From positions 9,300,001 to 9,364,000 of the forward strand of contig OZ024742.1 in the NCBI GenBank assembly GCA_964016885.1: 64,000 nt of DNA, given 5' to 3'. Origin of the DNA: Eledone cirrhosa (lineage: Eukaryota). Shown here piece after piece: positions 54,759 to 64,000 of the stretch. The notes under the pieces are model-generated. The model did not search any database, was not told where the DNA came from, and saw only the letters and a program-made list of their open reading frames with translations. The number at the start of each line of letters is the position of its first letter. Within the stretch, counting starts at the first letter, position 1. The position numbers and the translations under genes are program-made.

Positions 54759-55227
54759 TTTATAATAAACATCCAATTTGGTGGTACAGGTTTGATTTAT
54801 ACCTGTTTGCTAAATATACATTCAATACTTCATGAATATCATTTTTTGTATATAAAATAAATTCCAAAATAACTTCATAAGCCTCTCCCCATTGAGATAA
54901 GCAAACGAATACGCAATATATTTTCCGAGAATGCAACTTTCTTCAAGACCCTCGATAGATACTACCTGTTAGACACCTGTAACCACTTTAAAATTGCATT
55001 AGCAAGTGAATGACATATTTCAAAAAACAAATATGGCTGCATTAAGATAAAAATGTGATTTCTTTCTATAAGAACATCATAAATTGAGTGGTGAAATAAT
55101 TCGTCTACTTAATGAAAAACCACTTCACCTCAAACAAGAAACATACAGACTGCTCAACAACAACATTACAAAACCAGTTCTTCGACAAACACTTTTATAG
55201 AAAAAATGACATTCTGTTGCAGAATGA

Positions 55228-55590
55228 TGGTTTCTAAATTTGGCACAAGACCAGTAATTTTAGGGAGAAGAAAGGTCAATTATCTCGACCTCAGTAAGTT
55301 AATGGTACTTTATTTTAGCGACCCCGGAAGAAGAAAAGTAAAAAGTTGACCACGGAGGGATTTGAATTAAGAATGTAAATAGACGCAACACTTATGTTAA
55401 ACATTCAGCCAACGCTTTAACCATTACGCCAATCCACTTACATCTTTGTCGCATAATAATTGTTCTGCTTTTGGCACAAGGCCAACAATTACCCAGTGCA
55501 TTACTGGTACTTTATTTTATCCACCCCGTAAGGATGAAAGGCAAAGTTGACCTCGTCGGGATTTGAACTCAGAATGGAAAGGGCCGTAAG
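55228..55590 (-). mobile_element. Two tandem tRNA-derived SINE copies
   Basis: 55228-55439 and 55454-55590 match the reverse complement of the 43619 SINE (GGTACTTTATTTT..ACCCCG..GAAAGGCAAAGTTGACC..GGGATTTGAA). Confidence 0.82.
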
Positions 55591-55829
55591 AGTTTTTCAA
55601 CAAAATATGAAATGAACAAAGCAAAGGGGAGATAACTTCAAGTGTCGGAACACCGGATCGTGTTCCTTGTTTTATCAATGCAATGAACATTCTATTAAAT
55701 CACCTAAAAAAGTCTAAGAAAGAAGTGAATTATGAGAAGGATGTGGTTGGGGTGAGAGAAGATAGCAACAACGTTGATGGAGGTGATGGTGATATTAATG
55801 ACGAAGGTGGGAGAGATGATTATTATGTA

Positions 55830-55941
55830 CATGATGATGCTGATGATGAGGAGGAAGAGGAGGATGAGGAGGAGGTGGGTGTGGAAGACGGATAGGTGGA
55901 AGAAGAAGAGAATGATGATAACAATGATGATGACGATGGTA

Positions 55942-55992
<51 letters not shown>

Positions 55993-56160
55993 TCGATGAT
56001 GATGATGGTAATGATGATGGCGATGATGATGATGATGATGATGATGACGATGATGACGTTGATGACGATGACGATGATGATGATGATGACGATGATGACG
56101 ATGATGACAATGATTATGATGATGATAATGACAGTGATGATGCTGATGATGATAGAGATG
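55830..56160. repeat. (GAT)n / (GAG)n trinucleotide tract
   Basis: Direct observation. Confidence 0.95.
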
Positions 56161-56595
56161 GAGAATTTCAAGTATCGATGAGTAATACTTAGTGAGTGTG
56201 AATGATGGGAAGAATGTTTGATAAGCAACTGACCAACAGTCCCTGAAGCAGGCAGTCAGTTCAGCTTTTGTTCTAGGAATATTATAATCGATTTTCTATT
56301 GATTATTGATTTTCAAATTATTAGATTTAGAATGTGATGCATTGAAGGAGAAATGTGTAGGAGAATGGCAGAGATGGGGGTGAATATTGAGGTCATCTAT
56401 ATTTCCACATTCAGTGATTTAACCTATCGATTCGTTGTAAGATCTTCAAGAAGCTGGTGATTTAAATTAGCTTTATCCATAAACCAAACATGGAGAATAC
56501 AGCGTAGCTTTCTGAATTTCCTTCAAATTTACATATTTATTCCTTCTCACGCGTTCAATCTCTCATATCTTAAAAATATAATACCCCTATATACG

Positions 56596-57180
56596 TGTGT
56601 GTGTGTGTATGTATATATATATTTGTATGTATATAAGTATGTATGTATGCATGTATGGAAGCATGTATGTATGCATGTATGCATGTATGGAAGTATGTAT
56701 GTATGTATTTATATATACATGTATGTGTGTGTATAGACGTCTGTACGTATGTATATATGTATTTATGTATATATGTATGAATGTATGTATATATCTATAT
56801 ATGTATATATGTGTTTGTATCTATTTATATATGTATGTATTTATGTATGTATTTGTATATGTATGTACATTTGTACTTATGTATATATCTACGTATGTAT
56901 GTATGTATGATGTATGTATGTATGTATGTATGTATGTATATATTTATATATGTATATACGCATGTATATATGTATGTATGTGTTTCTATCTATTTATATA
57001 TGTATGTATTTGTATATATTTGTACGTATGTACTTATGTATATATATCTACGTATGTATGTATGTATGTAAGTATGTATGTATGTATGTATGTATGTATG
57101 TATATATCTATATATGTATATACGCATGTATACATGTATGTATGTATATATGTATGTTTCCATGTGTGTATATAGATATA
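56596..57180. repeat. Degenerate (TATG)n microsatellite
   Basis: Direct observation. Confidence 0.92.
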
Positions 57181-58788
57181 GTTGAGACTGAGAATAATTG
57201 TAATGTATGTGAACGATGGTAATATTGTTAACTGCTCACTATAGATATACACATGAATGACAGGATTCATTGACATTCATTGACACCAGCCATACTGTCT
57301 CAGTTTGACTAGAGATAATTTCAATAGGGAGGCTAGAAACTATGTGGCACCAGACATCTTGTCTCTGCTTACCTTTCCGTGAAACCATTTGATAACACAT
57401 GCAAACCTGATGTGGTATGTTTTCTGCAGTCATATTGTGTATAATCACAATGTGAACCGCATTTATAGAAATATAATTGGAGATATTTGACGTAGGAAAA
57501 CACATTTACTTCGATTTTCTTGGTGTTCCTCCATTCACAAAAGTCTACATTCGTATAGGTTTACACTATAGAACAATAAAGGAAACCTGGTGGATTCTAG
57601 CCTCGTCAACTCAGATCTATATCGATATTTTAGGTTGTTCACTGAGATTTATGGAAAACTTCGGCAAATAGAAGAGATCTTGATCAGTATCGGCGATCAG
57701 TGTAGCAGTTTTTTGATCAACGGAGCAGGCTTAATGTAATTCTCAGAAATAATTAGGGTGACACAATATTTGACAAAGTTGCCCTATGAATTTCATGTAG
57801 AGACATTTCTACGTACTTCCGAACAGTTTTTGTCTACACCATTTCAATCACAAGACAGGGACCAACCTGAAGTTATGGTAAATGAAACTTGCCTAAGATA
57901 CCACAGAGTTACATCAAACCCAGGCCATAATGATTATGAAACGAACTCCTTAAACATGTGTCAAAATGACCAATTTTAATCTGTTGCCTTATGTAATTAA
58001 ATGTAATTTAGTATTTCGTTTCTATCGAAACTATCTGCAAAATGGCGCACATCACTGTCATAATAAAAAAACCAGAGTATTTTCAAAATGTCTTTTTATG
58101 ACTTAATTAATATAAACGAGAACGATGGGAAATATCCCCAATCATGGCTCTTCCTCAGATTAGAAAACAGGCTGGAATATGTGACAGAATAGTTAACACA
58201 AACGACACCCAGTGGTACATTTGCTAGTCGTAAATAGAGTGAAAGATTAACAGTTCCAGCATATAGCAGGTAGAGTCTAACTAATGGGATTCCACACAGA
58301 AAGCTTAGTTTGACCCTTGGGTATGCTAACGACACAATTTCAGTGATCTCTGCTGTGAGGTTTAACTAGATACCCTGGGCCTTCCATTAGAACCTCTTAC
58401 TACATGTACATGTGTGTAACCTTATACATATTGATAAATATTGATATTTGTAGCACAGGCAAATGTTCTCACATGCTTTTACAAGGAATGCAAAGAATCA
58501 TATCGATAGCCAGTACTTTAATCCATCCCCAGAAAACTGAAATACAAAATCGATCATGAAATGATACTAAATCAGAAGAGAAAGAGACGTAACAAGTTCG
58601 CTATGTATTTGTTCGACGCTCCACGGTTCGGCTAGAACACAAGCCTTTATGTACTGATAAATATTAAAACATAAAGTGAAAAAATCCAGATATAGAGACA
58701 CATGAGAGTTTTCCTTCTTACAATGAATAAGTTCAATAGACATTAGAAGAATGCTGAGATATCTAACCCCCCCCCCCCCCCCCCCCAC

Positions 58789-58834
<46 letters not shown>

Positions 58835-59859
58835 TCTCCCTGCCTCTCTCTCTCGTTTTCTGTAAGAACCTGACAATATTCCCATGAAAATATTATAATC
58901 CATACGTCTTTCAATATTCTCCATTAATGCATTTATCTTGGATTGTTGAGTGTTTGCAACCTTGTACTACAAATATTCCGACTAATCTTCAATAGAATTA
59001 CGGCCATAGATATTTCCAGGTCCTTAAAATGTTGTTACCTTGTTCTTGTTAAGATATTTTTTTAGCAATCGCTAATCTGTGGCAATGTGTTAACACGCTA
59101 TTGAATACGTTGTAACCATGTATGTACGTACATATGTCCAGCTTCTTGTGAGGTCATGGTGGTCGGACACAATATAGTTGAGAGGGGGGGGAACGGAGGA
59201 GGGAAGGGGGGGGGAGACGCGTTAGACTGGAGTGCCTGAGTGAATGTGGCACGAGTTCAGAGACATTTTTAGGAACATAGGTCATTCTGGGATTGGTAGA
59301 GATGTAAAGATGAGGCTGGAGCATGCCTGGTAGTGGTTTGTGCCAATCTGGCCAGTGGCATTTTCCCTGGTTGGGTTAAAGGATACTTGGATTAATTTCG
59401 GTAGCAGTCTGAGATATATGGTGCCGTGCTTCATTGTGGATCTTCCTGGACTTTGTAGAAGGTTTGATATAATGGGAAACATTTTCAGGCTTGTCCTTCA
59501 ACACTCCAAGGTATATTTGGACATTCATAGATGCCACAGGATTAAAGAAATATCACGCGTTGTTTCCAGACTTCGACGTAGCGCCTCGAGTCATCTGAAG
59601 AGATGAGACTCTCATTTGTATACAGTTCAGTTCTCATATCTCTGTCCTTGTATACCCCCCCCCCCAAAAAAAAGATGTACTTACAAATACTTATTTATTT
59701 GAAACTATTGAATCAAAGAAATGACTTTTAAAACATTGCTAATTTCAAGTGAGTGTTAAATTATATTTTCATTGTAAAAGAGGTTACCTACATTTTGTGA
59801 TAAATAATATATATGTGTGTGTGTGTCTGTGTTTGTGTGTGTGTGCGTGATTGTTTGTT

Positions 59860-59890
<31 letters not shown>

Positions 59891-59928
59891 GTGTGTGTGT
59901 GTGCGTGTGTGTGTGTGTAACATATTTT

Positions 59929-60105
59929 ATATAAAAATAGCTATTACAGGACTAGAACTGTTTTGTTCCTATAGAGATCATGATGATTGAAAAAGTTCTA
60001 GCCCTGTAGAAGCCATTTCGAAATTAAACATTGATATTTTCACTCTACTAATGTGTTGCGTGCCTTATTTACTGTGGTCACACTAGACATAACTCAGGAT
60101 CTATC
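59929..60105. repeat. Diverged homolog of the 9668-9845 fold-back family
   Basis: TACAGGACTAGAACT.. / ..AGTTCTAGCCCTGTAGAAGCCATTTC; the tail matches the reverse complement of 9668-9745. Confidence 0.65.
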
Positions 60106-60107
60106 TC

Positions 60108-60226
<119 letters not shown>

Positions 60227-60289
60227 AGATGAAATCGAAAATGCAAATGGAGTCTTATTTAAAAAAAATATATATATATTTATTTGGTT

Positions 60290-60327
60290 CCTTTACAGGT
60301 TTCGCAGTTCTTCTGCTTTTCAAAAGG
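60290..60327 (-). ncRNA. Minimal HHR, U3-A8 core variant
   Basis: CCTT-TTGAAAA-GCAG-AAGAA-CTGC-GAAAC-CT-GTA^AAGG. Confidence 0.65.
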
Positions 60328-60398
60328 TGAGTTGAGATGGAGGGTCTGTGGTTTTTCTCTCATGTGAGAAAAACCACAGACCCTCCACCTCAACTCTA

Positions 60399-60434
60399 CT
60401 TTTGAAAAGCAGAAGAACTGCGAAACCAGTCAAG
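60399..60434 (+). ncRNA. Minimal HHR, U3-A8 core variant
   Basis: CTT-TTGAAAA-GCAG-AAGAA-CTGC-GAAAC-CA-GTC^AAG, followed by AATAAA. Confidence 0.65.
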
Positions 60435-60631
60435 GAACCAAATAAATATATATATATTTTTTTTAAATAAGACTCCATTTGCATTTTCGATTTCATCTTT
60501 ATTTCTTTATACTTTCACTCGTGTAGGACACCTCGGTTATTTTTCATTTTGTAAAAAACATCACTTTCTAATATATATAGATATATATATATATATAGGA
60601 AAAAAAAATGTATGTATATATATATATATAT

Positions 60632-60668
<37 letters not shown>

Positions 60669-60682
60669 GTGCGTGTGCGTGC

Positions 60683-60719
<37 letters not shown>

Positions 60720-60955
60720 CGTGTATGTGTGTATGAATGTTTGTATTTGTTTGATAAATATTCATCCCGGAGTAGAATATTTCCTCTCATCTACCGAAGA
60801 AACGAATAGGTCATTGACCTTCATTAAACATTTGTCAAATTGTATTAATGTTTGCCGGGTCTGCCATTGGCAACAACAGTAGATCCACAGTCTCCATAGC
60901 TTGCTGTATTAATATGGCGCCTCATTCAATACATTTTGGCTTCAGATCATATGAG

Positions 60956-60987
<32 letters not shown>

Positions 60988-61044
60988 TATGTGTGTATAT
61001 GTATGTGTTATTTATGTATGTATTATGTAAGGATGTGTTTTATG

Positions 61045-61085
<41 letters not shown>

Positions 61086-61109
61086 TTGTATATATTTGTA
61101 TATATTTAT

Positions 61110-61550
61110 AGTTTTACCCTTTATTGTTCTACTTACCGTTTCGACTCCCCCCCCCTCCCCCTCCCCAGTATCCTCTTTGACCTCACACCCAGCTGTAGCC
61201 GGCACCACCAACGCATGAATGGGTCTACTCCACCCCCTCTCCCTTTTTCTCCTACCGGCAGGTTCAGCTACCCCTTCCCCCACCAATTTGCCATCACAGA
61301 TTTACTACTAACTTGTGATGTGACCAATCCTGGTGATTATCTCTTTGACCATATATGGAATTACCCCTTGATAAGCTCGGCTATTTAAATACCAGAATGA
61401 ATTTTCATTCAGTCCAGAATTAGCCGTCGAAACGGCTTGAGCTCAGCCGTCGGGGTCTTACTTGTTCCTATTACCCACTCTACTACCCTAAGTATTGAGT
61501 ACTTTGGTGCGTTATGGTCCACCTGGTTCCTTACCACATTTCCTTCGTTA
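61110..61550 (+). mobile_element. HHR-bearing pLTR-like element between (TA)n tracts
   Basis: The 3' 140 bp is near-identical to 47520-47713; contains an HHR at 61363-61456. Confidence 0.75.
61363..61456 (+). ncRNA. Type I HHR, U3-A8 core variant with full stem III
   Basis: ACCCC-TTGATAA-GCTCGGCTATTT...AATTAGCCGTC-GAAAC-GGCT-TGAGCTC-AGCC-GTC^GGGGT; distal GGAA/TTCC helix. Confidence 0.75.
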
Positions 61551-61580
61551 TATATATATATATATATATATACATATATA

Positions 61581-61621
<41 letters not shown>

Positions 61622-62160
61622 TATATATATATATATACATATATACACTGTATATATATATATATAAATATATCTTTTACGTATGTATGTTTGTATTTAG
61701 CTTCGCTGTTATATCGTTCAACAAATCATTTTTAATATCTTAGGGGTTAGATAACATTTTAGTACTTCCTGATTGGCTACAAACCTCGTAGGTATGAAAA
61801 TGAGTTTGGACTTGGAAAAATATTTCTTTAGATTTCAATATTAGTTCTGCTATTATCTTCCTAATCTATGAATAAACATAAAAGCAACAGTTCGATACTC
61901 AAGGAAACCTGCTGAAGGAAACACTCCCTGGCCTAATATCGCAACAAATCTATTGAATAAGGTGGCATAAACTACTACTGTCACAGCTATTCAAGAAAGG
62001 TGAAAGCTTAGAAAAGTGTCTACAAATTGACATTCAAGCATGCTTTCCTCTGAGAAGATTAACAAAGTATTAGGTATTCTGTCCAGCGGCTGGCGATGTC
62101 ACTCACATACTTTATTACCAAGTTTTATTGTATCTCTACTATAGACTTTTCAGCTATACA

Positions 62161-62207
<47 letters not shown>

Positions 62208-62400
62208 ATGTATGTATTTATATATATATATATATACATATGTGCGTGTGTGTGTGTGTGTAAGAGTTTAGATAGGTTGGTACGAAAGTATGTATGTATA
62301 TGCATGTATATATATATATATGTGTGTGTGTGAGTACGTATGTCTTTATGATAATCTGTGTGTATAGATGTATGCATGCACTTATGTATGTAGGATAATT

Positions 62401-62444
<44 letters not shown>

Positions 62445-62881
62445 GCGTGTCTGTATGTAGTATTTGGATAGTTAGGTAGGAATGATGTGTGTATATATTC
62501 TCATACGCACGCATATATGCAAGATTGGATGTGTGTATAAATTGATATACGTACGTACGTATGTAGGAAGAAATGCTTGTATATCTTTATATACGTACTT
62601 ATGTATTTATGATATTCTGTGAGATATGAAGCCAATTCCTTAATAGCTATTCGCTTGATTCATTTTGTAATAATCTACGATTTTTCTATATAAATATATA
62701 AAGTATTTTGGATTTCTCCTTCCCTGGGTATCGCCATAAAATAATGAATACTGTGAAACAACAGCAGCATACTACACGTGAAGCATGGTCTGTCGCAAGA
62801 TATCCTAACATATGCCATTAATAAACTTGATAAATTACATCATCTTTACATCGAAACAAATAAATTACAGTCCCAATATGA

Positions 62882-62920
<39 letters not shown>

Positions 62921-62957
62921 TATATATAATATACACGAGAGGGTTGTATGTAGGTTT

Positions 62958-63016
<59 letters not shown>

Positions 63017-63017
63017 C

Positions 63018-63049
<32 letters not shown>

Positions 63050-63073
63050 ACAAGTATGTATATATAAATATGC

Positions 63074-63149
<76 letters not shown>

Positions 63150-63384
63150 ATATATATATATTTCTATGCACATATAAGACATATATTTATGTATTTATGT
63201 ATAATGCAAAACCAAAGAGAGAAAAACAAATGTAAAAACCTATGTCTTCGATATAATTTATGACGAAGCTCCCATGGGAATAGAACATTTAGAGTTATCA
63301 AAGTAGAAGTCATTTTCTGAAAAATGATGGAATGTTTCACAGATAAAATTGTTGGGAAATACAACAGATAAACGTTGGAAGATG

Positions 63385-63712
63385 CTATATCATCATGATT
63401 ATAATCATCATCAGCATCATCATCAACATGATTATGATTATAATCATCATTATCATCAGGTTTATCATCATTAGTACCAAAATAATCATTATTATAATCA
63501 TCATCATCAACCTCATTATCCTCATTAATATTGTTGTCGTTGTCCTCTTCTTCTTCTTCTTCTTCTTCTTCTTCTTTTTCTTCTTCTTCTTCTTCTTCTT
63601 CTTCATCACAACTACCACCACCACCGTCATCATCCTCACCACCACCACCACCACCACACCAACACCACCATCACCATCACCACCACCGTCGTCATCATCA
63701 TCATCATCATCC
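63385..63712. repeat. Compound (ATC)n/(TTC)n/(ACC)n microsatellite
   Basis: Direct observation. Confidence 0.92.
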
Positions 63713-63846
63713 TAGCTGTAGTCGCCCTCATCAGTATTTCTACTGTTATTGTCGTTTGGTTCTTATTTCCATTATTTTGGTGTTTGACATCATTTTAACG
63801 TCAGCTGAAATTGTTACGGCATCCCCGCCCCCCCTATTTTATATCT

Positions 63847-64000
63847 GGTTTCAACCCCGACCCACCCCGAGAGGCAAATGTTAATTTTTATCTTTCCATT
63901 ATCGAGGAAATAAAGTACCATCAAGTGCAGGGTTCATTGCCTCTGCCTGTTACTCATCTCCCCAAATTACTGGACTTGCGCTGAAATTATATACAATTAT
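63847..64000 (+). mobile_element. Highly diverged SINE copy
   Basis: GGTTTCAACCCC..ATCGAGGAAATAAAGTACCA..CCCCAAATTACTGGACTTGCG resembles the other SINE copies. Confidence 0.45.

Larger units (their letters stand above)
60227..60498. repeat. Fold-back palindrome (~130-bp arms), each arm with an HHR variant
   Basis: Centre TTTTTCTC-TCATGT-GAGAAAAA; few mismatches. Confidence 0.93.

Noticed and set aside
55683-56228. Poly-Asp/Met/Ile/Ser ORFs
   Set aside because: Translations of a (GAT)n microsatellite.
57480-57775. Possible Tc1/mariner transposase remnant (SPDL-like and NGG-like traces)
   Set aside because: Too degenerate to support by eye, and no TIRs found; needs a tblastx or HMM search.
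57239-59606. Short ORFs and a minus-strand splice donor (AAG|GTAAG at ~57372) as host exons
   Set aside because: No recognisable protein motif or consistent exon chain.

Overview
This is repeat-saturated eukaryotic (metazoan) DNA; the SINE families and dense (TA)n/(CA)n/(AAT)n tracts resemble octopus/coleoid genomes (inference). No host gene could be confidently identified. Contents: (1) two decayed Penelope-like retroelements (PLE; RT + C-terminal GIY-YIG) at ~1.4-4.7 kb (-) and 6.2-9.5 kb (+, with ~680-bp inverted pLTRs); (2) a ~28-kb array of a 23-bp purine-rich minisatellite (~15.1-43.0 kb) with kb-scale higher-order duplications, which explains all the giant 'ORFs'; (3) a near full-length L1/Tx1-type LINE (48.9-54.7 kb, -) sitting in the (AAT)n tail of an R4/Dong LINE fragment; (4) tRNA-derived SINE fragments. 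The main unannotated signal is an RNA-level system. By eye I count about 20 complete or slightly mutated type I hammerhead ribozyme (HHR) motifs from roughly ten sequence families in the ~36 kb outside the satellite. They occur in PLE pLTRs, in a head-to-tail 467/469-bp retrozyme-like tandem repeat (13.1-14.4 kb) and in many fold-back palindromes next to (TA)n tracts. They include apparent U3-A8 core covariants and long stem-II variants. All structures were folded by eye, and catalytic activity is untested.
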